From Octopus vulgaris (lineage: Eukaryota): a stretch of DNA of 64,000 nucleotides. Position numbers and translations under genes: made by a program. Positions 12,800 through 25,167 of this stretch are shown in pieces. The notes below the pieces were generated by a model. The model saw nothing but the letters and a program-made list of their open reading frames with translations, searched no databases and was not told the origin of the DNA. Where the stretch lies: assembly GCA_951406725.2 (NCBI GenBank), contig OX597818.1, forward strand, positions 137,454,001-137,518,000, written 5' to 3'. The stretch's first letter is position 1; each line of letters begins with the position of its first letter.

Positions 12800-12870
12800 T
12801 AACCTGAAGATTTACTGTAACCATAACTCGAATTATTACGAATTGTACAGCCATGAAACGATCGTAGTGT
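12800..12870 (+). ncRNA. Type I hammerhead ribozyme motif, weak stem I
   Basis: CTGAAGA (12804-12810), stem II CTGTA/TACAG, then GAAA-CGATCG-TA (12855-12866). Confidence 0.55.
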
Positions 12871-12998
12871 TTTACTCTTTATCTTTTATTAAACTTTTAA
12901 TACTTTTGATATATATTTAAAATAATATTAATTAATTAATTTTATGTATTGGCTTACGTTTTTTCATTATTTGATTTGCCTAATAGTGGTTTTATCTC

Positions 12999-13576
12999 TA
13001 AACGTTTTTAAATTTTCACCTAATTTCTGAATTACTACTGCTTGGCGGTTTGAGTTCTGGCTGCTCTCTCTGGTGGACGAATGGCCTGTTAATGCCATTC
13101 CTAAATTGTTATATTTATATATTTTAGTCTTTGACTATTTTCTCTTTTCCACTAGGCCGCTGGTAGCGATAAATTTCTATTGAATTTTTTGCTACCCTAA
13201 ATTGATTAATTGATAATTTTCTGACTAATTCTGAGATTGAATCAGCAGTTTATATTTACTGCTGATGGATTGGCGCGAATACGTTGGTCTTGAAAATTTT
13301 AAGACAGATATTCCGGAGGCATTGATACAGACGCCTCGTGTATATTTGTCTCTCCCAGGTTTTTTACTGATGAAGTGTGACCTATGGTAGATTAGCTTAA
13401 TTTAATTTAATTAAGCTAGTTTATCATTAAAAACACAGAAACGATGCATCGTCTAAAATATGAATTAGGGTAAACGTTTTTAAATTTTCACCTAATTTCG
13501 GAATTACTACTGCTTGGCGGTTTGAGTTCTGGCTGCTCTCTCTGGTGGACGAATGGCCTGTTAAGGCCATTCCTAA

Positions 13577-13586
<10 letters not shown>
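12999..13586 (+). mobile_element. ~472-bp hammerhead-bearing unit with terminal direct repeat (Penelope pLTR or retrozyme-like)
   Basis: 12999-13114 is repeated at 13471-13586. The unit is homologous to 58721-59566 and abuts (TA)n. Confidence 0.8.
13362..13458 (+). ncRNA. Type I hammerhead ribozyme, intact core
   Basis: TTTTA-CTGATGA (13367-13373), long stem II, GAAA (13438-13441)-CGATGCATCG-TC^TAAAA. Predicted GUC cleavage after 13453. Confidence 0.85.
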
Positions 13587-13628
<42 letters not shown>

Positions 13629-13633
<5 letters not shown>

Positions 13634-13766
13634 TAGATAAACTTAGATATGTTTCGACCAAAGATTGGTCTAGGCCATGTCCAACTTAATAGCACCACCT
13701 GATAGGATTATTCGAATCCTGTTTAAGTCAAGTTTTGTTCAAGTAGTGAGTTCTTGTTGGGTGAGT

Positions 13767-13768
<2 letters not shown>
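13629..13768 (-). mobile_element. 3' end of a CR1-group LINE in (TA)n
   Basis: Encodes ...NKNSLLEQ, shares 3' UTR CAGGTGGT.CTATTAAGTT.GACATGGCCT with 18290-18643, and has a (TATCTAAGTT)2 tail. Confidence 0.65.
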
Positions 13769-13801
<33 letters not shown>

Positions 13802-13989
13802 ATATACAAAAGCACAGATATAGACACATAAACACGCATACAGAATTTTAAAAAAACACATTGATACAAGTATGTCCGTGTCTGAATAGTATTCAAACGT
13901 ATTTCTGCGCGCGTCGTCATGTGCGCGGGCGCCCCTGCGTGTATGTGTGCGTGACATATGCTAATAATTATTACTAATATATACTCCAG

Positions 13990-14108
13990 ACAATATTGCC
14001 GTCCAGCGAAGCGAACCTGAAATTAACCATTGGAGGAATTCCCAGAGTGACTGGTAACTAACAGCAGTTACGGACGTTAAATATTGATCAATGTGGTTAA
14101 TCGTAAAC

Positions 14109-14184
<76 letters not shown>

Positions 14185-14674
14185 GTTAAATTGGGAAACG
14201 GATAGAAAGAGATATTTTCGGTGTTGGTAGCAATAGAAATGACACTTGTGATGTTAGTGGCTGGGGTGGTGGTATTGATAGTGGTGGTAAATGTCTGGTT
14301 CTGGCGATAGTAGTATTGATGGTGACGGTGGTAAGGATCTTGTGAATAGAAGTGACGGGTGGTTTTGGTGCTAGTAGTGGTAGTGGTGATAACGGTAGCG
14401 ATCCAGAGGTTGATGGCTGTAGTGATGGTTGTGGTGGTGGTGGTGGTCGTCGTTTTAATGGAAGTGATGGTATTAGTAGTAGTGACAGTGGTGGTGGCGA
14501 CGGTAGCGGTGGTAGTGATAGAACTATTTGAAATATCTGCTGATTCAGAAGGGTTGTGTGTTTTTAATCTAAAGGTGTTCACTATCTGATCAATGGCGGA
14601 GATATGGAAATGACGAAATGCAAAAACGAGAGTTCGGAATCTCAGTGGGAAATGCTGTTTCAACAGCACATCGA
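13990..14674 (+). CDS. Candidate pair of host exons (13990-14053 and 14575-14674), product unknown
   Basis: ctccag|...CTG|gtaact and taaag|...CGA|gtaagt. Phases are compatible and the frame is open: TILPSSEANLKLTIGGIPRVTG-VHYLINGGDMEMTKCKNESSESQWEMLFQQHI. No homology recognised. Confidence 0.35.
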
Positions 14675-15250
14675 GTAAGTGACAAAGATAAGAACGATAT
14701 TGTTCAGCTTGTTTGGAATCTTGTTTGACATTTAGTTTTATAACGGTTACTAATTTGTTTGGAGGGAAATGGTGTGGCGTATTTTGGAAGCAACGGAAAA
14801 ACCGAGTCAGACATGTTTTCTGTCACAAGTCAATCATTTCTTTCTTTTATTTTTTTTGTCCTTCCGTCTGACATCTCATTTTCTTCCTTTTCGTCTTATC
14901 AACCATTCTTTCTTCTTCTTTCTCTTATTTGTTCTTTTTGGCTGTTTTTCTTTTACTCTTCGACTTACATTTCAGCCTTTCTCTGTTTATTTTCCGTTCT
15001 TCCTCATTCTTCGTCATATCCTTGACTTTTTCTATTCTTTCTATATTTATATTCTGCTTCTAGTTTTACTTTCACTATCAAATACTCCCCCTCCCTTTTC
15101 TCTCCCTGACAGCTTTTCAGTTTCCTTACACTCCCATTTTCAATGTTGCTCTCCTTCTTACTCTTCATACTACTCCGATAAACATAAAAGCGCATACGTC
15201 CATACAGCGCAAATAACTCTCTCTCACTCTTTCTTTCTTTCTCTCTCGTA

Positions 15251-15295
<45 letters not shown>

Positions 15296-15438
15296 GGGCA
15301 ATATTGTCTGGAGTATATATTAGTAAAAATTATTAGGAGTATGGAGACGTGTTCATCATCAAATTCGATTTTCTCTTCATTTACAATTAATGGTGGCAGT
15401 GATAGAACTATTTGAAATATCTTCCATTCCTCCATGCA

Positions 15439-15480
<42 letters not shown>

Positions 15481-15522
15481 CATTCACATACAGACATATG
15501 TATATATATATATGTATATATA

Positions 15523-15563
<41 letters not shown>

Positions 15564-15636
15564 ACATACATACATACATACATACATACATACATACACA
15601 TATATATGTATGTATGTATATATACATATATATATA

Positions 15637-15686
<50 letters not shown>

Positions 15687-16632
15687 GTGAGAGAGTGAGA
15701 GAGATAAAGATATAAAGACAAAGTGTCATAAATATTCATCTACCTGAATATACTCTCTATCCATCTATTCCTCCGTCCATCGAGCGAGCCATCCAACCAT
15801 CCATCTATCCAAGCATCTATCAGTCTATCTGTTTGTCTGTCTGTCTTTTTTTTCTTTCTTCTTTTTTTTTTGTTCCTTTTTCCCTTTTACGATCCCTTTT
15901 GATCGAAAACCTACGCCACCTTTTTTTTTTCTCACCCAAAAGAAAAGCTCTACCTCGTAACTTGTCCCATCTGTGTGCAGCCCTGTGTGGCCAATAAAGA
16001 AACTTATCTATCTATCTAACTATCTATACGTCTGTTTGCCTGTCTTCATAGGTACCTTTCTATATGTCCATTTATAGATTAGCTCCCTCTCTAGCTCTGC
16101 AAGATTTCAAACATTCTTATTATCTTTCATTAAGGCAGAGTTATTAACGCGATGGAGGAAATGTTTAGCGGACGAAATGCCGGAAAGAGGCTGTTGAGAA
16201 TAATTTGATCTTAACTCGTGAAGGTAGGAATAAAACAGGTACAATAGATACAATGTACAATAGATACAAAGTAAAAATAAAGGAAAATATATTTATGAAG
16301 AAATTATACAATGTCTTATCTCGATAGCTGTTTCAGTAAGCCATATGTTGCGTAATAATCATGTTTATCTGCATTACTACCTCTTGATCAGTGCGATTTG
16401 AATTTCTCTGATAGCCACTCTTGAAGCAGTGGACCTTGCCCTGAATGATGACCTTTGAACTCAGGTTCAAATTCTTTCGAACTTTACCTTGTTTTCTATA
16501 TTGAGCTTACTGAACCTTCATCTACTGACTATACATGTGTGTGCATGTATGCATATATATATATATATATATACACACGACACGAAATAATTTTTGTCTC
16601 TTTTTATGGAGACAATAGGGTGTATACGACTG

Positions 16633-16744
16633 CTGTCTTGCTGGTTGCTAACACATCGTTTCGGTTGATATACGGTCCAGCTTTAATCAGTTGTCTGGGG
16701 GAAATTTCGAACCTGGGTTCTCATTCCTAAGGTATTTTTCGATG

Positions 16745-16817
<73 letters not shown>

Positions 16818-16889
16818 GATGCAGGTCACTGTTTGGAATCGAACTTGGAATCTTAAGGTTAGTAGCACGTACTCTGAACCACTTTGCCC
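16633..16889 (-). mobile_element. tRNA-headed (AAT)n + hammerhead element, left arm, degenerate ribozyme
   Basis: B-box GTTCGATTCC (16844-16835), (AAT)n, then GAAAAATACCTTAGGAATGAGAAC...CTGATTA...CCGAAACGATGTGTT. Confidence 0.7.
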
Positions 16890-16891
16890 AC

Positions 16892-16967
16892 GGGCATATG
16901 GCATAGTGGTTAAGATTGCGGACTACTAACCTCAAGATTCGGTGTCCGATTCCAAGCAGTGATCTGA

Positions 16968-17015
<48 letters not shown>

Positions 17016-17064
17016 TTAATAATAATAATATAATGATGATGATGATGTTAATAATAATAGTAAT

Positions 17065-17099
<35 letters not shown>

Positions 17100-17115
17100 T
17101 AACAACAACAACAAC

Positions 17116-17179
<64 letters not shown>

Positions 17180-17241
17180 TAATGATGATGATGATGATGT
17201 TAATAATAATAGTAATAATAATAATAATAATGATGATGATG

Positions 17242-17307
<66 letters not shown>

Positions 17308-17480
17308 TCACCGAAAAATACCTTATGAATGAGAACACAGATTCGAAATTTCCCCAAGACACCTGATGAAGGCTGGAGGGTATATCAGCCGAAACATTGT
17401 GTTAACAACAAACAGGATGTGGACAAATATCCGTCAAATGTAAATAATGTACGTAATTCTTCATCTTTTAAATATAGAAA
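16892..17480 (+). mobile_element. tRNA-headed (AAT)n + hammerhead element, right arm
   Basis: A-box TGGCATAGTGG (16899-16909), B-box GTCCGATTCC (16944-16953), (AAT)n at 16967-17307, hammerhead at 17358-17403. Confidence 0.75.
17358..17403 (+). ncRNA. Minimal type I hammerhead ribozyme motif
   Basis: GACAC-CTGATGA-A-GGCTG(loop)CAGCC-GAAA-CATT-GTGTT. Stem III departs from the ACGT palindrome at one base. Confidence 0.7.
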
Positions 17481-17613
17481 GATATTGTTGTATTTCGGGA
17501 TAGTCTTTTTTTTTTCGCAAATAGTGAGTGCTCATTTGGCAAAAACAAAAGCATGCAAAAAAAGTTCATCCCGAAATATAACAATATATGTACATATGAA
17601 TATATACAATATT

Positions 17614-17694
<81 letters not shown>

Positions 17695-17706
17695 ATCAAT
17701 CAATCA

Positions 17707-17789
<83 letters not shown>

Positions 17790-17794
17790 ATCAT

Positions 17795-17861
<67 letters not shown>

Positions 17862-17865
<4 letters not shown>

Positions 17866-18140
17866 AGAGTTTACAAAAAAAAAGACGAAGACAGGTGGTG
17901 TACAAAACAAATAGATGTATTAGTATAACGCTCAGGAATAGAAAAATTCTTTTACGTTCGAGTCTACGCTCTTCTACAGAAAGGTACACAGAAAAAACAA
18001 GGAGAAAAAAAAATGTGTTTAATGGATAACGATCTATCATGGCGGCTAGTGCCGGACAGAGGGGTCAGGCAGGAAAAGGAAAGTAAGGGAGGTAACAAAG
18101 TAAAGATGACCCCAACAGAGAGGAGCCCCCAACACAAAGG
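17862..18140 (-). mobile_element. Penelope-like end fragment with variant hammerhead (CTGTAGA core, 17949-17984)
   Basis: Homologous in reverse complement to 34440-34631 and abuts (TA)n. Confidence 0.6.
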
Positions 18141-18289
18141 TGCGTGTGTGTATAAGAGAGTATGTATGTGCGTGTGAAAGTGGGCTGGTGGTCTGGACGT
18201 GTGTGTATATGTATGTGTAGGTGTGAAGATGTGGAGATGGGTGTGTGGGTGGGGTGTGGTGATGTGATGTGTAATGTTATATGGTGTAT

Positions 18290-18643
18290 GGCTTGGACCA
18301 CGTGCCATCCGTCCACAACAAAAATCTAAATCACATCTCATAACAACAATACGGCACAATTACTTCACAATTATTTCAATTATTTCAATTGGACCCGCTC
18401 TCTTCAACATTACACCAGGACACATCAAAACAGATACTGAGCACACAAAATTCAAGAAGTCTTTGGACAAATTCCTTCAAACAGTCCCGGACAAACCGTC
18501 CACACACGGGTATGTCTCCGTAAACAATAACTCTCTGCTCGAATGGGCCTTGGTGCCCAAATCCTGAATTGAAAGATTTCGCCAGGTGGTACTATTAAGT
18601 TAGACATGGCCTGGGCCAATACTTGCCAAAACCTTTCTAAGTT
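18290..18643 (+). mobile_element. 3' end of a CR1-group (CR1/Crack/Daphne-like) LINE
   Basis: Typical ORF2 C-terminus RHNYF...GPALFNITPGHIK...FKKSLDKFLQTVPDKP...GY...NSLLEW, plus 3' UTR and tail ...CTAAGTT. Confidence 0.75.
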
Positions 18644-18647
18644 ATAT

Positions 18648-18729
<82 letters not shown>

Positions 18730-18964
18730 ATGTATATATATAAATGGAAAGATGTATAAACAAATGATGTAACGTATACTGAATGTAAACACGAACGGGA
18801 GTCAAACAGAAAGTCCATAGTTCTTCATCAGTACTCTTCAGTTTCGCACCTTTGACGATAAGTCGGAGTGCTTCCTAATTGGCGATGCCCGAGGAATTAG
18901 GGACAAGAGCAAACAAAATGAAACAAAACAAGCAAAACGATAGTGTGATTTAGGATATAACCCT

Positions 18965-18999
<35 letters not shown>

Positions 19000-19025
19000 A
19001 GCACACACACATGCAAACACACACA

Positions 19026-19066
<41 letters not shown>

Positions 19067-19577
19067 ATGCATATATACGGTCACATTGCCCTTGCTAATG
19101 TTGTTACCATTGTTGTTGTTGTTATTGAAGCTGTTATGGTTGTGTTGTTTTGGCCGATGAAAATTTCACCAGACGTTTTAGCCTAAGATTTTGCGATGTA
19201 TATACTTCCGGAATGCGATGCTTTATTTCATTTCTTTAGCTTGGAAAGTTCCACATTACTACAGATCATGTTGCAGAGTGGAGGGTGTGTGCTGGGGCAT
19301 GAAGAGGTGGTCAGTAAACTCAACCAGATGACCTGACACATGTATCTATGTCTACGTTCCAATGTCAGCTCCAATGGTCTCGGCCGTGTCCATTTGATGG
19401 ATTCGAATTTCCCATGAGGTATCAAGAAGAGACTTTCACATTGAATTCATACCACTATTCAGAATGTTTGCCTCTCTCTAAACACATATCGCAATCGTTA
19501 TATCAACCGATCCTTCTCCTTCACTCCTTACACTTCCTCGTTTACATCCCCCTCTTCCTTTCTTTCTTTCTTTCATC

Positions 19578-19620
<43 letters not shown>

Positions 19621-20077
19621 TCATCCTTTCTTTCTTTCTTTCTTTCTTTCTTTCTCTCTTTATTTCTTTCTTTCTTTCTTTTCACCCTTTCATTCGTAAT
19701 CATCATTGTTTTCATCTACGCCATTTGTCTCCGTTGTCGTCGTTGTCGACGATGTCGTTTACATTGGCTTCCTTGTCATCAGCATATTCGTCATCAGCAT
19801 CGTCATTATCGTCCGAGTCAATGATACCTCCATTTTGGTATTGCGCTCCTCCTTCTTATCATCATGTCGTCGTCGCCATCCTCCTCCTCCTCCTCCTCAT
19901 CATCATCATCATACCATCACCACCCCTGCCACCACCATCAACTATGTCATAACTATGATAATGATCAGAATCCTCAACATTATTTTAGTCATTCCTCTTC
20001 TTCTTCTTCTTCTTCTTCTTCTCCTCCTCCTCCTCCTCCTTCTTCTTTTTCTTCTTCTGCCGCTGCTGCTGTCGCCG

Positions 20078-20122
<45 letters not shown>

Positions 20123-20553
20123 TTTCCTCCCCTTCTTCGTCCACCTCTTCCTGCTGCTGCTCCTCCTCCTCCTCGTCCGTCACCGACATCACCGCCATCG
20201 TCATCATCATCATCATCATCATCATAATCATCAAATAAAGCACGTTTATCGTTTAAAAATGAACTAACATAACTGGATGTTTTAATATTTAAACCAAACC
20301 ACGTAAAACAAATATGTTTTTTCGCAGTTGACGATCAGACAACAATTCTCTGTGTAGTGTGTAAATGATGATGATGATGGTGATGATGATGATAATAATA
20401 ATGGTAACAATAATATTTTCAATAATGAAACAAAACTATTTTTATAACATTGTTGAAATATTTATGTTTGTGATTAATAAAATTTTGACAACTCGTATTA
20501 AAGATGAGTTCAATAATGAAAAATGAGGCATTTCTTTAACGTATCAATATCTA

Positions 20554-20623
<70 letters not shown>

Positions 20624-21113
20624 TTTTATTTCATTTTGATTTTATTTCTTGGAGATTATAACAATATTATGATATAAATCAAAGCCGTAAAGTTTGCTGA
20701 TCAACCAAAATAGCTTTTAAAGCAAACAGAGCCAAAAAATAAAAAATAAAAAATAAAAAAAAATATCAGTTCCAAAAGAAGACTTGTGAAATCATAGAGA
20801 AAGAAGAGCGAGATGCGCTCTTAATAGATATTATGAAGATTAGTAGCCGAAACACTCGCATGTACGGTTTCATACTAGCATAATGTGTGGTGGTGGTGGT
20901 GGTGGTGGTCGTGGTGGATAGTGGAATGATAAGGCGCATTTAAGCTTTGAATGACAATTTCAATTGTATGTTACGTGAGGCAGAATATGCGATACTATAT
21001 CACGCCGGACAGTCGAGATTTTTCTCATTCTCATCTCATTCTCTTTTTACTCCATCCTCCTCACACAAACCCCCCCTTAACACTACTCACTACAACAAAC
21101 AGCATCCACACAC

Positions 21114-21157
<44 letters not shown>

Positions 21158-21973
21158 TCCTCTTTACCATTACAGATAATCGTAGTAATCGTGGACAGTT
21201 GAAATAAAGCACTGCCTCTTCTACGAAATCTTGTCGTATACAATTCTTTGAAAAGCCAAAAATCTTTTTTTACTACAAGTGTATCATTGGAGTCAATAGC
21301 TGTTATTTGGCGGGAAACACATTTCATTGTCTAACTTCCATCTTTTATTCATGTGTTCTCTTGCAATTCTAATAGTCCACCCTATTCTCTATTTACTATC
21401 CGTCGCAGGACTCGAGCATAACCTTGAGTTCTTTCTCTTCGTTTTGTCTGGGGGTTTTTCTTGTTTTGTGATTAAACTCTCTTGGTTTTATTGTAGTCGC
21501 TTATTTCTCTTGGAATTTTTGCATTGTTTCGTTATAGCGTTGCGTATCGTCTCCTTCTCGTATTGTTGTTATGGATATTGTCTCTCTGTTTCATTCTGTC
21601 ACTCTGTCTCTTTTATATGTGCGTGTATCTGTGTGCATCTGTCTGCTTATACATACGTGCATACATACATACATGCATACATACATACATACACACACAC
21701 ATGCATACATACATACATGTATATATACATATATGCATGCATTCATGCAAACATACATACATACATACATACATAGACGTACGTGTGTATAAACTTGCAT
21801 CCATATATGTAAGTATACATACACATACACGCACACACATATATATTGCATATATGTATATATATACACATATATATATGTGTACATATATATATGTATA
21901 TATATACATATATATATATACTTATGTATATATATATATACATATATATATATACATACAATATGTATTCCAT

Positions 21974-22029
<56 letters not shown>

Positions 22030-23104
22030 TACACGTATGTATACGTACACACACACACACATATATAAACGTGCATACATATATGTACACACGTAGAAGA
22101 ACTAGGGGAAAGATTAGGAATGAATGTCATGAGTATCTATATATATATAGTTATATAAATGGCTATGTATATGTAAATTTCTACACACATACACACACAC
22201 ACACACAACCACATGGACTCATACACAAGCACACACAGGTATACACACACGTATAAACAAACTCACCCATTTATATATGTATATGTAACTTGTTCGCTAG
22301 CTCGCACTCTCACCTATTAACACATAGCTTGCCTGAATGAACTGAGAGAAGTAGAAAAAAATATGCGGAGTGGGGTGGCGGAGATGCAGTTAGCTATATG
22401 TGTGGGGGACCGATCAGGAATGATTAAGTATTATACAAGTATTATAGGAAAATGGTTGCTTTTGTCGTTTCGTAGTTAATAAGTGCTGACTGACTCTCTG
22501 CCGAGTTTATCTGTAAGGAATCCAAGGAAACGAAACAAGGGGTTGAAGAATGAAGATTTGTAACAAAGGATATTATCCATGTTTCACAAATTTAATACCA
22601 CCACCTTTCAGCGCAAATCCAAATGCGAAGAAGGACAATGAAGCGAATGATAAATTCGAAACCGCCCCACCACAAAGAAAAAAGAAAAAAAAAAAGGAAA
22701 TGAAGAGAAAAACAATATGAAATGAAATAAAATGAAATAAAATAAAATAAAATAAAATAAAATAATGGTTAGGAAAGGAAAATAGGAGAAAATATCAAAT
22801 AAGAGAGTAGAAGGAAAAGGGAAAAATGTCTGGAGGCACACGTAACAATAATAAGGGAACAGTTGTGGTATTATCACTAACAATGAAGTGTGACAATATT
22901 AGCAACGATAACAAGAACTCTAGCAACGACACCAGCAATAACAACAGCAACACCAGCGTGGACAATTTTAGCGACAACGGGACTAACAATAACACCACCA
23001 TCAACAACAACAACAACAGTAATACTGTTCAAGTCAACACTTACGAAAATAACACTAACAGCAACATTGCTATTCGTAATAATTACGACTGCGAAAACAG
23101 TAGC

Positions 23105-23139
<35 letters not shown>

Positions 23140-23296
23140 TAGGTGTTGTTGTTGTTGTTGGTGGTGGTAGTAGTATTATTAGTAGTAGAAGGAGTAGTGT
23201 TCGCGTTGGTGGTAGTAGTAGTAATAATAATAGCAGTAGTAGGAAGAGTAGCAGTAGTGTTGGTGTTGGTGGTAGTAGTAGTACCGGTGTTTTCAT

Positions 23297-23338
<42 letters not shown>

Positions 23339-23860
23339 GTGCAGTACCTGCAGCAACAACGCAACATTACGTAATAAACATGTGAGTTTCGAACATAGAC
23401 CTCCACCAGCATCATCATCACCACCGGCGTCGTCTTCGTCATCATCTTCGCCATTCCTACCCCCACCGTACCACCACAAAAACTAAACCACTATCATCAT
23501 CGTCGTCACCGTCCTTGACTTCACCCCTCCTCCTCATATATTCTTCATCATCATCATCATATTCATCATCAGTTGTTTGAGATTAAGCAACAAAAGTAGG
23601 AGATAACCCAATTACCGCTAGAGCTCAGAGTAACCTCTGAAGTCCAGATTTAATAGAGATATACTCATGCTACTGCATGAGTATATCAAGCTCATATAGC
23701 TAATGGGGTGTATGTACTCCGATTGGAGTACATAAATAATACTATAGAGGATAGTAAGTTAACGAGGGCGTCTGTAAGCGGTTGCTCAGGCAGCTAGAAA
23801 AACATTAAATTTGCCCCGAATTACGTTCCATCGTCTAGAAACATGAAGGATACATTTGAT

Positions 23861-24500
23861 TAGTGCTACTCAAAGTGGTGGTCCATGGACCGGTGCCGGT
23901 CCGCGGCGAGTTTCCACAAAAGGAAGAAACATAAAATACTTACATGTTTGTTCCTTCTTGAGCCATGTCTGGCTCATAAGGGCCTGTTTCCCGGTTTCCT
24001 TAGCGTTTAGGTTCGGTTCCCCATCTGGACGGGACGCCGGTAAGTCGCAAGATGTGAGCTGTTAGAGGAACAATTGAGAGAAAGTTGTGGCGGAAAGAGT
24101 CAGCAGAAGTTCGCCATTACTTTCTGTCGGAGCCGCGTGGAGCTTAGGTGTTTCGCTCATAAACACACACATCGCCCGGTCTGAGATTCGAACCCTGATC
24201 ACTCGATTGCAAGTCACGCTGCTCCAACCACTAGGCCATGTGCCTCCACGAAATACTTATATGCTTAAGTATTATCGTATTATTATGTATTATTGTTTAT
24301 TGTATGCACAATACTTATGTTTTATTGTATTATTTGTTTACAAAATAAATACAAGGGAAAAAAAATTGCCAACTTTTATTAAAAACATTATATATATTGT
24401 TTCCCGTTTGAATTAATATTACTAACAAATATTACCGGACCATGGCACATTGGAAAAAAATACTGCCGGTACGCCACACCAGATAGTTTTAGAAGCACCG
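23861..24500. mobile_element. hAT (Charlie/MER5-like) MITE carrying a nested SINE
   Basis: TIRs TAGTGCTACTCAAAGT and AGTTTTAGAAGCACCG. 8-bp TSD CATTTGAT (23853-23860) / CATTAGAT (24501-24508). Confidence 0.75.
23947..24250 (-). mobile_element. tRNA-derived SINE with a family-A-like 5' half and a different 3' half (family D)
   Basis: Head GTGGAGGCACATGGCCTAGTGG...GTTCGAATC. TSD AAATACTTA(C/T)ATG at 23934-23946 and 24251-24263. Confidence 0.8.
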
Positions 24501-24519
24501 CATTAGATAAAATAGTCAT

Positions 24520-24903
24520 GGAAGCACTCCGTCGGTTACGACGATGAGGGTTCCGTTGATCCGAATCAACGGAACAGCCTGCTCGTGAAATTAACGTGTA
24601 AGTGGCTGAGCACTCCACAGACACGTGCACCCTTAACGTAGTTCTCGGGGATATTCAGCGTGACACAGAGAGTGACAAGGCCGGCCCCTTGAAATACAGG
24701 TACAACAGAGACAGGAAGTAAGAGTGAGAGAAAGTTGTGGCGAAAGATTACAGCAGGGATCACCACCATCCCCTGCCGGAGCCTCGTGGAGCTTTTAAGT
24801 GTTTTCGCTCAATAAACACTCACAACGCCCGGTCTGGGAATCGAAACCGCGATCCTATGACCGCGAGTCCGCTGCCCTAACCGCTGGGCCATTGCGCCTC
24901 CAC
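24520..24903 (-). mobile_element. SINE family A, full length
   Basis: A-box TGGCCCAGCGG and B-box TTCGATTCC. TSD ATAGTCAT at 24512-24519 and 24904-24911. Confidence 0.92.
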
Positions 24904-25167
24904 ATAGTCATAAGCACTCTATGTATGAGAAAATTATAGAATGGGCTTCACTGGGATGTCTTTGGAAATAGATTTTCTTGGTCAAAGATTAAGCAAGAGT
25001 TAAATATTGGGAATTACAGCAACAGTAGTAGTAGAAGCAACAAGAACAACAACAGCAACACCAACAACTGCAAAAGCAGATCATAGAACATCATATATGA
25101 ATATGAATATGTTAGAAAAATCAAAAGATATTAACTCATGCATTGTTACTATAATCAGTATCACTAT

